From Candidatus Acidiferrales bacterium (GTDB lineage Bacteria > Acidobacteriota > Terriglobia > Acidiferrales > UBA7541): a DNA stretch of 64,000 nucleotides. Positions 26,328 through 35,934 of this stretch are shown here, piece after piece; positions within the stretch are counted from its first letter, which is position 1; each line of letters opens with the position of its first letter. The position numbers were made by a program, and so were the translations under genes. The stretch is from positions 37,944 through 101,943 of the forward strand of contig DASWVE010000043.1 of the NCBI GenBank assembly GCA_036401315.1, written 5' to 3'. The notes beneath the pieces are model-generated. The model was not told the origin of the DNA. It ran no database searches and was given only the letters and a program-made list of their open reading frames with translations.

Positions 26328-27017
26328 ATGCCGACCATCGACGAAGAACTGAACAGCATCGAGCGCGACATTCGCACCCTGAAGATCGAATACGAACAAT
26401 ATTTTGGCGGTGGCCGCTCGCGTCCGCCCAATGACACGCAGTGGCGCGTCGAGGTTCTGCTAAAAAAGTATTCCGACCGCTCCGCCGAATTTTCCTCCGG
26501 CCAGCGCTTCCGCTACAGCAACCTTTCGCAGACCTACGCCAAATATCACGACATGTGGCGCAAAAAGCTGGCCCAGCGCGAGAACGGCACGCAGCCGCAC
26601 CACTACGGCGCCGCGGCCAAAGCCATCGAAGCCGAACGCGCCCGCAAAGCCGCCGAATCCAAGCCTCCGGTCAGCGAAAAGCCGGCCGCATCCGCCGCCG
26701 AACACGCCGTCGCCGTGGCCCACGCATCCGCCGAAGCCTCCGCGCGAGCCGCCGATGGTAAAGAACTCCACCACACTTTTGCCATGGCCTTCTCCAATCC
26801 CGAAGCGGAAGGCGAAAAAGTTCAAACGCTCTATCACCGCCTCGTTCAGGCTCGCACCGAAACAGGAGAAAGTTCCGGAGTGCCCAGCCTGAAGGACTTC
26901 GAACGCTTCGTGCAAAAGAAAACCCAGGACCTGAAGGACAAAGGTGGCCGCGAAATCGAATACACCGTCAGCATCGAAAACGGCCACGTCAAACTGAAAG
27001 CCCGCGTCTCCGCCTAG
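26328..27017 (+). CDS. conserved hypothetical protein (coiled-coil N-terminus, Ala-rich linker)
   Basis: Start at MPTIDEELNSIERDIRTLKIEYEQYFGG. 229 aa with coding-like composition. I do not recognise a function. Confidence 0.6.
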   Translation: MPTIDEELNSIERDIRTLKIEYEQYFGGGRSRPPNDTQWRVEVLLKKYSDRSAEFSSGQRFRYSNLSQTYAKYHDMWRKKLAQRENGTQPHHYGAAAKAIEAERARKAAESKPPVSEKPAASAAEHAVAVAHASAEASARAADGKELHHTFAMAFSNPEAEGEKVQTLYHRLVQARTETGESSGVPSLKDFERFVQKKTQDLKDKGGREIEYTVSIENGHVKLKARVSA

Positions 27018-27056
27018 CCGAAATCGTTTCTAAGGTTCTTTCGATATCTCCGAGTC

Positions 27057-27139
27057 TCTCCCGCCGCTCTACCACTTTTTTCTGCAAACCTTTACACTGA
27101 CGGGGCATTTTTTCTGCAAACTTTTCTACCGGCGGGAGA
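27057..27139 (+). promoter_or_regulatory. purH leader: 10-bp inverted repeat enclosing two 14-bp direct repeats, 3' arm covers the SD
   Basis: TCTCCCGCCG (27057-27066) is the exact reverse complement of CGGCGGGAGA (27130-27139). TTTTTTCTGCAAAC occurs at 27076-27089 and 27108-27121. The ATG codons are at 27140 and 27143. Confidence 0.4.
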
Positions 27140-28717
27140 ATGATGGCGATCGCACGGGCGTTAATCAGCGTGTACGACAAAACCGGAATCGTGGAGTTCG
27201 CTCGCGAACTCGCTTCGCTTTCCGTCGAAATTGTTTCCACCGGCGGCACCGCGAAATTGTTGCGCGAAGCCGGCGTCGCCGTTCGCGACGTCTCCGAACT
27301 CACCGGCTGGCCCGAAATGCTCGGCGGCCGAGTGAAAACCCTGCATCCCAAAGTTCACGGCGGGATTTTGTTTCAGCGCAGTAAAGCCGGAGACCGCGCT
27401 CAGGTGGCCGAATACGAAATCGGCCCCATTGATCTGGTCATCGTAAATCTCTATCCCTTTTCCGCCACCGCCGCCACCCCCGGCGTCACGCCCGAGGAAC
27501 TGATCGAAAATATCGACATCGGCGGTCCCGCCATGGTCCGCTCCGCCGCCAAGAATTTCCAAAGCGTCGGCGTCGTCACCGACCACGCCGACTATCCCGC
27601 CATCCTCGCCGAGCTGCAGCAGCACGGCGAACTTACGCTGGCCACACGCCTCTCGCTCGCGCGCAAAGCCTACGCCCGCACCGCCCGTTACGATGGAGAA
27701 ATTGCCACCGAGCTCGAACGACTCACTGTCGACGGAGACACCGTCTCCATCGGTGCGCTGGAAAAATTGCCTGAGCGCATCAACATTTCGTTACAGCGCC
27801 GCCAATCGATGCGCTACGGAGAAAATCCGCACCAGAATGCGGCGCTCTACGTCCCCGCCGGCGCCATTCCTTCGGGCTTGGCCGGAGCAAGACAAATCCA
27901 AGGCAAAGAACTTTCCTACAACAATCTCGTCGATCTCGATTCCGCATGGGCCCTGGCCGTTGAATTTCACCGACCCGCCGTGGCCATCATCAAGCACAAC
28001 AATCCCTGCGGCGCAGCCGAGCAAGATTCCCTGGTCGAGGCCTACCTGAAGGCTTTGGCCTGCGATCCCATCTCCGCGTTCGGCGGGGTGGTTGCCATCA
28101 ATCGCCCGCTGGACGCCGCGACCGCCGAGGAATTATCAAAACTGTTCGTCGAATGCATCGTCGCGCCAGGCTTCGAACCTGCCGCCCTCGAAAAACTTGC
28201 CGCCAAGAAAAATCTCCGCCTGCTCGAATTGCAGCGCGGCGAATCCGTGCACGAAATGGATATGAAGCGCATTTCCGGCGGCATATTGGTTCAGGATCCC
28301 GACGAACACGAATTGACTGAAGCGGAATTGAAAGTCGCCACCAAGCGCGCTCCCAGCTCCCAAGAAATCCGCGCGCTGATGTTTGCCTGGAAGGTTTGCA
28401 AGCACGTCAAATCGAACGCAATCGTCTTCGCCCGCGAAGGTCAGACCGTGGGCATCGGTGCGGGGCAAATGAGCCGCGTCGACGCGGCGAAAATTGCGGT
28501 GATCAAAGCCGCCACCGCGAATCTTCCACTCGCCGGCAGCGTGGCCGCTTCCGACGCATTCTTCCCTTTTCCCGATGGCGTGGAAGAAATCGGCAAGGCC
28601 GGCGCCACCGCGATCATCCAGCCCGGCGGCTCGAAGGGCGATCCCGACGTAATCGCCATGTCCGAAAAATACGATATGGCTATGGTTTTTTCGGGCGTGC
28701 GCCACTTCCGCCACTAG
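27140..28717 (+). CDS. purH: bifunctional AICAR formyltransferase / IMP cyclohydrolase
   Basis: 525 aa. ALISVYDKTGIVEFA...VSTGGTAKLL...GRVKTLHPKVHGGIL is the hallmark N-terminal MGS domain. The C-terminal AICARFT domain extends to ...FSGVRHFRH. Confidence 0.97.
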   Translation: MMAIARALISVYDKTGIVEFARELASLSVEIVSTGGTAKLLREAGVAVRDVSELTGWPEMLGGRVKTLHPKVHGGILFQRSKAGDRAQVAEYEIGPIDLVIVNLYPFSATAATPGVTPEELIENIDIGGPAMVRSAAKNFQSVGVVTDHADYPAILAELQQHGELTLATRLSLARKAYARTARYDGEIATELERLTVDGDTVSIGALEKLPERINISLQRRQSMRYGENPHQNAALYVPAGAIPSGLAGARQIQGKELSYNNLVDLDSAWALAVEFHRPAVAIIKHNNPCGAAEQDSLVEAYLKALACDPISAFGGVVAINRPLDAATAEELSKLFVECIVAPGFEPAALEKLAAKKNLRLLELQRGESVHEMDMKRISGGILVQDPDEHELTEAELKVATKRAPSSQEIRALMFAWKVCKHVKSNAIVFAREGQTVGIGAGQMSRVDAAKIAVIKAATANLPLAGSVAASDAFFPFPDGVEEIGKAGATAIIQPGGSKGDPDVIAMSEKYDMAMVFSGVRHFRH

Positions 28718-29324
28718 TCCCGGCACCCGCCGCTGGCTGGCGCTTGTAAGAAATCTCCACGATTTGAGGTTCGCCCGTTTCCGGCACGATTTCGGAATGC
28801 GCCACATAAGTATCCGCATCGACCTTAGTCAGACTCGATACTTTCGGCATCCCGTTCACCGCGTTTTGAAACTCGAATTTCTTGCCGTCGGTCGTCGCCA
28901 GATTCAAAACCGTCGCGTCCGATTTTTCCCACGCCGCCAGCGTCGGTGTGAAGTGCCGGATGTACAGCGCAATCCCGTCCGGTTTCTGCACCAGCGTGAA
29001 ATATTCGATCACCAGCGTCTTGTCGCCTTCGATCACCCGGAACATGCCTTCCATCGCCCCGGCTTTGGGTGAAAACCAAACCTGTTCCGCCATCCGCGGA
29101 CCCCATTCGCCGCGCCATCGCCCTTCGAGCCATCCCAGATCGCTGAGCTTCGCGAGGGTCGGGTCTGTTACCGCCAGGCTCGCCGCAGATTGATTCACCG
29201 CAGCGCTCGGCGCCTGATCAAAACCGCGCGCAGGCGCAGTCTGCGCCTCTAGATTTCTCGCGGCGACGCTCGCCAGAATCACCGCCACCACGGCCCCGAT
29301 TTTCAGAATTTTCCCGCCACTCAT
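28680..29324 (-). CDS. secreted hypothetical protein (DUF6265-like by recollection)
   Basis: 214 aa. Signal peptide MSGGKILKIGAVVAVILASVAARNLEAQ. The motif LGWLEGRWRGEW is present. Its 3' end overlaps the purH 3' end by 38 nt (convergent). Confidence 0.65.
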   Translation of the reverse strand: MSGGKILKIGAVVAVILASVAARNLEAQTAPARGFDQAPSAAVNQSAASLAVTDPTLAKLSDLGWLEGRWRGEWGPRMAEQVWFSPKAGAMEGMFRVIEGDKTLVIEYFTLVQKPDGIALYIRHFTPTLAAWEKSDATVLNLATTDGKKFEFQNAVNGMPKVSSLTKVDADTYVAHSEIVPETGEPQIVEISYKRQPAAGAGTSGGSGARPKKP

Positions 29325-29479
29325 CCGCGTCAGCCCCCGTTAAGTCCTTCCGCAACCACACTATTTAGCACGATTTCCGGAATAATACGCCGCCTCGCGT
29401 ATCCCTCCGGCGCTAAGCTGCGTCCAACGTAGGTGCCCGTTTTCGGGCGGTGCGGCGGAAACGACCAATCGCTAAAGTT

Positions 29480-29508
29480 TTGACCCGTTTCGCGCGCTGT
29501 ACCATAAT
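29480..29508 (+). promoter_or_regulatory. candidate sigma-70 promoter (TTGACC-17-CATAAT) for the TPR-ispE-prs... gene string
   Basis: Hexamers at 29480-29485 and 29503-29508 with a 17-nt spacer, 20 nt upstream of the ATG at 29528. Confidence 0.45.
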
Positions 29509-29527
29509 GGAGTATTACGGCGAGCCT

Positions 29528-31711
29528 ATGAAAGCAATCCTACAGGTCGTGCTTTTTTCTACTGCCTCAATCTTGTGCAGCTCTGCGGCCGTTTACGCCC
29601 AGAATCCCGTCATCGGCCAGCCGGAAAATCCTGCCACCGATTCTCCTGCGCAAAAATCGTCGGCTCCCACCCCTGCAACATCGGATAAGCCGGCGCGCCC
29701 TCCGCTGAATCCTGCCGACGACGCCGCGCGCGGCGATTCCTACTACTACTTCATGCTCGGCCATCTCGATGAGCAGCAGTTCGAATCCACCGGCAAAACC
29801 GAATTGGCCAATCGCGCCATCGAATCCTACAAAAAGGCTTTGGATCTCGCCCCGAATTCTCCCGTGATCATGGAACGCCTGGCGGAAGTTCGCGCCAAAG
29901 CTCAGCAGTTGCGCGAAGCCGTCGACGAAGCGCGCGCCGTGCTCAAAATCGATCCCGATAATGTCGACGCTCACCGCCTGCTCGCCCGCATTTACGTTCG
30001 CGCCCTCGGCGATCAGGGCGCGGGCGATACCCAAAAAGAAAATCTGGGAAAAGCGATCGACGAATTCCAGGCCATTCTGAAAATCCAGCCGGACGATGCC
30101 TACTCCTCGCTCTGGCTCGCCCGCCTCTACCGTTTCGAAAATCGCCACAGCGACGCCGAAAAAGTTCTGCGCGACCTGCTGCAGCGCGATCCGGGCAACG
30201 GCCCGGCTCTCGAACAATTGAGTCAGTTGCTAATCGATGAAGGCCGCTCGCAGGAAGCCGTGAAGATTCTTTCGGACGCGGCCGGCACTTCGTCTTCTCC
30301 GGAAGTTTACGACTTGCTCGGCGACGCCTACGCCCAGGCCAAGGACTATCCGAAGTCCGAAGACGCCTACCGCAAAGCCGCCGAAGAGGATCCCGACGAT
30401 CCCGGCCACCTCCACGGCCTGGCTACGGCTTTGATGGAGCAGAACAAATACGCCGACGCCCTCGATCAGTTCAAAAAACTCTCCGAGGTCGAGCCCGGAA
30501 CTTCTGAAAATTATTTGCGCATGGCCCAGCTCTATCGCCGCCTCGGCAAATTCGATCTCGCCGAATCCAGCCTTTTGCGCGCCAAGCAGCTTTCGCCCGG
30601 CAGTCTGGAAGTTCTCTACAACGAAGCGCTGCTCTACGAAGACCAGGGACGCTATGAGGACGCTGTAAAAGTCCTCTCCGACGCGATCACCGGAGTGAAG
30701 ACTCAAAGCTCGTCGCAGGGCAACTCCTCCGTCAGCGGGCCCGCGCCGGATAACAATCCCAACGCGCTGGTGATTCTTTACGAGCAGCTCGGCCACGCTT
30801 ACCGCGAAGAACAAAATTACAACCTGGCCATCAAGACCTATCAGGACATGGGCCAGCTCGGCCCCGAAGCACAAAAACGCGCCCAGATGCTGCTCATCGA
30901 TACTTACCGCGAAAGCCGCGACCTCGATCGCGCTATCGCCGAAACGAAAAAGCTGCTCGATGCGACGCCCGGCGATCCGAACATCACCGTGACTCTGGCC
31001 ATGCTTTACGCCGAGAAGTCCGATTCCGATACCGCCACGAAATTACTCAGCGGCCTTTTGCGCGGCAACGATACCGACCAGGAAATCTATTTGAATATCG
31101 CGCAGGCCCAGGAGCGCGGCAAGAAATACGCTGAAGCTGAACAATCCGCCGCCAAGGCCGAGCAGCTGTCGTCCGACAACGACAGCAAACAGTCTGCGTG
31201 GTTTCTGCAGGGCGCGATTTACGAGCGTCAGAAGAAATTCGATCTCGCCGAGCAGGAATTCCGCAAAGTGCTGGACGTGAATCCGAACAGCGCGACCACG
31301 CTGAACTATTATGGCTACATGCTCGCCGATCGCGGCGTGCGCCTCCCCGAAGCCACCCAGATGATCCAGAAAGCCGTGGCGCAGGAACCCAGCAATGGTG
31401 CGTATCTCGATAGCCTCGGCTGGGCCTACTACAAACAGAATAAGCTCCCCGAAGCCGAAGAAGCCCTGCGCAAAGCCGCCGACCGCGAAAGCCACGACCC
31501 GACGATTCTCGGCCACCTCGGCGACGTCTACGCCAAAATGGGCCAGTCCGACCGCGCCGCGCAATATTGGGAGCGCGCGCTCACCGAATGGCAGAAGGCC
31601 GTGCCCGCCGACTACGAACCCGACAAGGTCAACGAACTCGAGGCCCAGTTGCACACACTCAAGCGCCGCACCGCGCAGAAAACTTCACCCGACGCGCCGA
31701 AACCGCAGTAA
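29528..31711 (+). CDS. secreted tetratricopeptide-repeat (TPR) protein
   Basis: Start at MKAILQVVLFSTASILCSSAAVYAQ (signal peptide). Many 34-aa TPR-like units (AIESYKKALDLAPNS..., AIDEFQAILKIQPDD..., EQEFRKVLDVNPNS...). Confidence 0.85.
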   Translation: MKAILQVVLFSTASILCSSAAVYAQNPVIGQPENPATDSPAQKSSAPTPATSDKPARPPLNPADDAARGDSYYYFMLGHLDEQQFESTGKTELANRAIESYKKALDLAPNSPVIMERLAEVRAKAQQLREAVDEARAVLKIDPDNVDAHRLLARIYVRALGDQGAGDTQKENLGKAIDEFQAILKIQPDDAYSSLWLARLYRFENRHSDAEKVLRDLLQRDPGNGPALEQLSQLLIDEGRSQEAVKILSDAAGTSSSPEVYDLLGDAYAQAKDYPKSEDAYRKAAEEDPDDPGHLHGLATALMEQNKYADALDQFKKLSEVEPGTSENYLRMAQLYRRLGKFDLAESSLLRAKQLSPGSLEVLYNEALLYEDQGRYEDAVKVLSDAITGVKTQSSSQGNSSVSGPAPDNNPNALVILYEQLGHAYREEQNYNLAIKTYQDMGQLGPEAQKRAQMLLIDTYRESRDLDRAIAETKKLLDATPGDPNITVTLAMLYAEKSDSDTATKLLSGLLRGNDTDQEIYLNIAQAQERGKKYAEAEQSAAKAEQLSSDNDSKQSAWFLQGAIYERQKKFDLAEQEFRKVLDVNPNSATTLNYYGYMLADRGVRLPEATQMIQKAVAQEPSNGAYLDSLGWAYYKQNKLPEAEEALRKAADRESHDPTILGHLGDVYAKMGQSDRAAQYWERALTEWQKAVPADYEPDKVNELEAQLHTLKRRTAQKTSPDAPKPQ

Positions 31712-31720
31712 GTTCTCCCT

Positions 31721-32638
31721 ATGAAAAAGTCTGCGCCCGCAAAAAAATCGCTTCGCATCCCTGCGTTCGCGAAAATCAATTCCTGCCTCTACATCATCGC
31801 CAAACGCCCGGACGGCTACCACGAGCTGCGCACCATTTTTCAAACCATCTCGCTGCGCGATACTTTGCAGCTGACCTTGGATAAAAAATCGGACGCGTTT
31901 ACTTTTCGTTTCACTTCCGACGATCCGGCGATGCCCCTCGGCAACGACAATCTCGTCGTGCGCGCCATCACCGGATTCCAAAAGGAATTCGGCCTGCGCG
32001 GCAGCCTAACCGTCCACCTCGAAAAGAAAATTCCAGTAGCTCGCGGCCTGGGCGGCGGCTCCAGCGATGCCGCTGCAACCCTGATCGGCCTCCTACGCCT
32101 CACCAACGCCAGCCTGCCACTCGAGAAAATCATCAAACTTGCCGCCAGCCTCGGTGCCGATGTGCCTTTCTTCCTCTTCGGCGGCCGCGCCATGGCCGTG
32201 GGCCGCGGTGACGAAATCTACCCGCTGCCCGACCAGCCCAAGCGCTCCGTCGTGGTCGTTTCCCCCAAAGGCATCGGCGTCAGCACCAAAGACGCCTACG
32301 AATGGGCTTCTGCGGAATTGACAAAAGACTCAGAACCCCATAAACTCTTCAGGTTCTGCGCTCTGTGCTGGAGCCGGCAGGATGCGCGTCTCTCCAACGA
32401 TTTTGAGAGCCCCGTCTTCCGCCGTCACCCGCGCCTCGAAGAGATTCGGGCCGGTTTGCTCAAGCGAGGAGCGGCAGATGCCGCGCTGGCAGGTAGCGGG
32501 TCGGCGGTGTTCGGAATCTTCCGAAACCCAGCGCAGGCGCGTCGATCCGCTCGTGAGTTCCCGGAAGATTCAGTTTTCGTAGTCGAAACAATATCCAGGT
32601 CGAACTATGGCCGTGCCATGGGTTGGCGTACGCGCTAA
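31721..32638 (+). CDS. ispE: 4-diphosphocytidyl-2-C-methyl-D-erythritol kinase
   Basis: 305 aa. PAFAKINSCLYIIAKRPDGYHEL and the GHMP motif PVARGLGGGSSDAAA. Confidence 0.93.
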   Translation: MKKSAPAKKSLRIPAFAKINSCLYIIAKRPDGYHELRTIFQTISLRDTLQLTLDKKSDAFTFRFTSDDPAMPLGNDNLVVRAITGFQKEFGLRGSLTVHLEKKIPVARGLGGGSSDAAATLIGLLRLTNASLPLEKIIKLAASLGADVPFFLFGGRAMAVGRGDEIYPLPDQPKRSVVVVSPKGIGVSTKDAYEWASAELTKDSEPHKLFRFCALCWSRQDARLSNDFESPVFRRHPRLEEIRAGLLKRGAADAALAGSGSAVFGIFRNPAQARRSAREFPEDSVFVVETISRSNYGRAMGWRTR

Positions 32639-32666
32639 CCGCTGGCAGCGGGGTTTGAGGGGAATT

Positions 32667-33611
32667 TTGGCCGACGACAAATTCAAGGTTTTCTGCGGGA
32701 CTGCGAATCCCGCGCTCGCGCAGGCCATCTGCGATTATGTCGGCGTTCCCCTGGGCCAGGCCGAGCACGGAAAATTTAGCGACGGCGAAACGCGCTATCA
32801 GATTCTGGAAAATGTTCGTGGCGCCGATGTTTTTGTGGTGCAGCCCTGCTGCAGTCCGGTGGATTTCAACCTGATGCAGCTGCTGATCATGATCGACGCG
32901 TTCAAGCGCGCGTCGGCATGGCGCATTACGGCGGTGGTTCCGTATTACCCGTACGCGCGGCAAGATCGCAAAGACCGCCCGCGTGTGGCGATTTCCGCCA
33001 AGCTGGTGGCCGATTTGCTAGAAACGGCCGGAGCCAGCCGCGTGCTGACGCTCGATTTGCACGCGCCGCAGATTCAGGGATATTTCAACATCCCGGTGGA
33101 CCATTTGTTCGCGTCTCCGGTGCTGGTGGAATATTTCCAGAAGATGAATCTGGGACCGATGACTATCGTCTCGCCCGACGCCGGCGGCGTGGAACGCGCC
33201 AGATATTTCGCCAAGAAAATTGACGCGCCGCTGGCCATCGTCGACAAGCGCCGCATCGATGTGAACGTCAGCGAAGTGATGAACCTGATCGGCGACGTTT
33301 CCGGCCGCCCGGCGCTGGTTATCGACGACATTATCGATACGGCCGGCACGCTGGTGAAGACAGCCGAAGCCTTGCTCGAACACGGCGCAACCAAGGTATA
33401 CGCGGCCTGCACCCATCCGGTCCTTTCCGGCCCGGCGGTCCAGCGCATCGCGGAGTCCAAGATTGAACAAGTCGTCGTTGCGGATTCCGTTCCGCTCAGC
33501 GACGCAGCGAAAAAGCTCAGCAAGATTAAGGCCTTAAGCGTGGCCCCGCTGCTGGCTCGCGGGATTCAATCGATTCACGAAGAAACGTCGATCAGCGAAC
33601 TCTTTACCTGA
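32667..33611 (+). CDS. prs: ribose-phosphate pyrophosphokinase
   Basis: FKVFCGTANPALAQAICDYVG..., VVPYYPYARQDRK, DLHAPQIQGYF, VIDDIIDTAGT. I prefer the TTG at 32667 (GAGGGG upstream, 314 aa). The track ATG at 32607 would overlap ispE by 32 nt. Confidence 0.93.
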   Translation: MADDKFKVFCGTANPALAQAICDYVGVPLGQAEHGKFSDGETRYQILENVRGADVFVVQPCCSPVDFNLMQLLIMIDAFKRASAWRITAVVPYYPYARQDRKDRPRVAISAKLVADLLETAGASRVLTLDLHAPQIQGYFNIPVDHLFASPVLVEYFQKMNLGPMTIVSPDAGGVERARYFAKKIDAPLAIVDKRRIDVNVSEVMNLIGDVSGRPALVIDDIIDTAGTLVKTAEALLEHGATKVYAACTHPVLSGPAVQRIAESKIEQVVVADSVPLSDAAKKLSKIKALSVAPLLARGIQSIHEETSISELFT

Positions 33612-33659
33612 TCTCATTTTTTTTAGAACGTCAGATTCGCAGTGACAGGGGAATGAAAC

Positions 33660-34370
33660 ATGCAGAATTTTAAGATTGAAGGGCAGGTTCGGGAAGGCCG
33701 TGGCAAAGGTCCGGCGCGTCGCGTGCGCTCCACCGGGATGGTTCCGGCCGTGCTTTACGGCAACAAGAAGGACTCCATCTCGCTGACCGTGGAAGCCAAG
33801 CAGGTCGCGAAAATTTTGCGCTCGGAGACCGGCCACAACACCATCTTCAGCGTCACCGTGGCTAACGGTGCCGAAGAGAAAGCCATGGTGCGTGACTGGC
33901 AGGTTGATCCGGTCAGCGGCAAGCTCCTGCACGTCGATCTGTTCCGCATTGCCATGGACGTGCGCATGCGCGTCATGGTTCCGGTGCATACCTTCGGCGA
34001 AGCCCAGGGCGTAAAACTCCAGGGCGGCGTTTTCGAAACCGTCACCCGCGAAGTCGAAGTCGAATGTTTGCCCGCCGATATTCCTGAAGAATTCCGCGTC
34101 GACATCAGCGACATGATGATCGGCAAGCAGCTCCGCGCCGCCGATTTGCCGTTCGATCCGGCGAAAATTAAATTGGTCACCGACCCCATTCGCGTTATCG
34201 CGCACGTCGTCGTGCTGAAGAAGGAAGAAGAGCCGGCCGCCGATGCCGCGGTGACGGCGGATGCCGCTCCAGCCGAACCGGAAGTGATGAAGAAGGGCAA
34301 GAAGGAAGAAGAGGGCGAAGAAGGCGCGGAAGCCCCGGCCAAGGCCGAGAAGTCCGAGAAGAAGAAGTAA
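33660..34370 (+). CDS. rplY: 50S ribosomal protein L25 / general stress protein Ctc
   Basis: 236 aa. REGRGKGPARRVRSTGMVPAVLYG... is an L25 N-domain. Lys/Glu-rich C-terminal tail. prs-ctc-pth synteny. Confidence 0.93.
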   Translation: MQNFKIEGQVREGRGKGPARRVRSTGMVPAVLYGNKKDSISLTVEAKQVAKILRSETGHNTIFSVTVANGAEEKAMVRDWQVDPVSGKLLHVDLFRIAMDVRMRVMVPVHTFGEAQGVKLQGGVFETVTREVEVECLPADIPEEFRVDISDMMIGKQLRAADLPFDPAKIKLVTDPIRVIAHVVVLKKEEEPAADAAVTADAAPAEPEVMKKGKKEEEGEEGAEAPAKAEKSEKKK

Positions 34371-34411
34371 GCGGGCTGCGAGAGGCTGCCTGATTTGGCT
34401 AGGCGCTGGCT

Positions 34412-35002
34412 ATGAGAGTAATCGTCGGCCTCGGCAATCCGGGCACGCAGTACGACTGGACGCCGCACAACGTCGGCTTCCTCGCGATCGACGCTATCGC
34501 CGAACGCGCTGGTATTCGAGTCACCCGGCCGGAGTCGAAGTCGCAGGTGGGCCTCGGTAAGTTGGTCGGCCAAGACGTGGTGCTCGCTAAGCCGCAGACG
34601 TTCATGAATCTCAGCGGCGCAGCGGTTCGAATGTTGCTCGAGAAGTATGAATCCGGCCCCGAGGATTTAATCGTCCTCAGCGATGAAGCGATGTTGCCCT
34701 GGGGCACGCTGCGTATTCGTGAACGCGGCAGCGCCGGCGGGCATAACGGGCTGAATTCGATCATCGGCTCGCTGGGCACGAACGAATTTATTCGGGTCCG
34801 GTTGGGAGTGCAGCCGGAACATCCGATGGGCGACATGGCCGATTACGTTCTCGGCGTGATGCGCAAGCCGGAACGCGAGATCGCGGCGCAGATGGCGGTT
34901 GAAACCGCCGAAGCAGTCGAAATGATTTTGACCGAAGGCGTAGGAAAGGCCATGACGCGGTTTAATAAGCGCGTGGAATCGGCCGAAAAAGATTCGGAAT
35001 AA
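34412..35002 (+). CDS. pth: peptidyl-tRNA hydrolase
   Basis: 196 aa. MRVIVGLGNPGTQYDWTPHNVGF and GSAGGHNGLNSI motifs. Confidence 0.96.
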   Translation: MRVIVGLGNPGTQYDWTPHNVGFLAIDAIAERAGIRVTRPESKSQVGLGKLVGQDVVLAKPQTFMNLSGAAVRMLLEKYESGPEDLIVLSDEAMLPWGTLRIRERGSAGGHNGLNSIIGSLGTNEFIRVRLGVQPEHPMGDMADYVLGVMRKPEREIAAQMAVETAEAVEMILTEGVGKAMTRFNKRVESAEKDSE

Positions 35003-35035
35003 GTTTTAGTGAATGCAGCAGCAATCGAGGGACAC

Positions 35036-35473
35036 ATGGAAGAACGACAGTACGATTTGATTTTCATCTGCCGGCCCGATACGCCGGAAGCGGACATCGA
35101 CAAAGTGATTTCCACGTTGGAAACCACCGCCACCGAAAAGGGCGCCAAGATCGACTCCACCACCAAGTGGGGCCGTAAGCGCATGGCCTATCGCGTTCAG
35201 AAACTGCGCGAAGGCTATTTTGTTTACATGGTCCTGAAATCCTCCAACGGCGAAGTCGTGAAAGAACTCGAACGCCGCTTGAAGGTTTCGGACCCGGTCA
35301 TCAAGTACCTGACCGTGCGCCTCGACGAAGAATTGAAGCGCCAGGAAAAATTGAAGCGGCACCGCGATAAGCGCGCCGCCCGCCGCCCGCGCAAGACTGT
35401 TCCGGCCATCACCGGAGCCACGTCCATGCCGCCGGTCAGCAGCGAACCCACGCCCGCGCCGCCTTCGGCCTAA
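35036..35473 (+). CDS. rpsF: 30S ribosomal protein S6 (with basic/Pro-rich C-terminal tail)
   Basis: Start at MEERQYDLIFICRPD (GAGGGA SD). WGRKRMAYRVQK motif. The track ORF starts at the GTG at 35009. Confidence 0.93.
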   Translation: MEERQYDLIFICRPDTPEADIDKVISTLETTATEKGAKIDSTTKWGRKRMAYRVQKLREGYFVYMVLKSSNGEVVKELERRLKVSDPVIKYLTVRLDEELKRQEKLKRHRDKRAARRPRKTVPAITGATSMPPVSSEPTPAPPSA

Positions 35474-35556
35474 ACGCGCGAGCCGGGATCGCAGCACCAG
35501 AATAATATCGGGCCACGGCTCGAACACTTATTAGTTTTAATTTAGGGAGATATCGA

Positions 35557-35934
35557 ATGGCAGAAGAACACGGAGGACAGCAGTCGCACGGTGGCGGTCA
35601 CAGTGGTGGCGGCTCGTCGTTTGGTGGGGGGCGCCCGTCCGGCCCCGGCGGCGGACCGGGAGGACGTCCCAGCGGTCCGGGAGGCCCCGGAGGTCCGGCC
35701 AAGCGCGGCAAACGCAGTTTCGTGCGCAAGAAGAAAGTCTGCCGCTTCTGCGTCGACAAGGCCGACTTCATCGATTACAAGAAGGCCGAAATCCTCGCGC
35801 CTTTCATTCAGGAGCGCGGCAAGATTCTTCCGCGCCGCATGACCGGCACCTGCGCGCGGCACCAGCGCTGGCTCACCGTAGCCATCAAGCGCGCCCAGAA
35901 CATCGCCCTGCTGCCGTTCGCCGCGGAGTTCTAG
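35557..35934 (+). CDS. rpsR: 30S ribosomal protein S18 with ~50-aa Gly-rich N-terminal extension
   Basis: The C-terminal 70 aa ([63 protein letters not shown]) are canonical S18. The N-terminus is [37 protein letters not shown]. Confidence 0.92.
   Translation: MAEEHGGQQSHGGGHSGGGSSFGGGRPSGPGGGPGGRPSGPGGPGGPAKRGKRSFVRKKKVCRFCVDKADFIDYKKAEILAPFIQERGKILPRRMTGTCARHQRWLTVAIKRAQNIALLPFAAEF

Noticed and set aside
27057-27139. ZTP (pfl) riboswitch upstream of purH
   Set aside because: The conserved pfl elements I remember (a GGGUCGUGAC-like 5' subdomain and the CCGCCUGGGC 3' subdomain) are absent. I kept the region only as an unclassified regulatory candidate.
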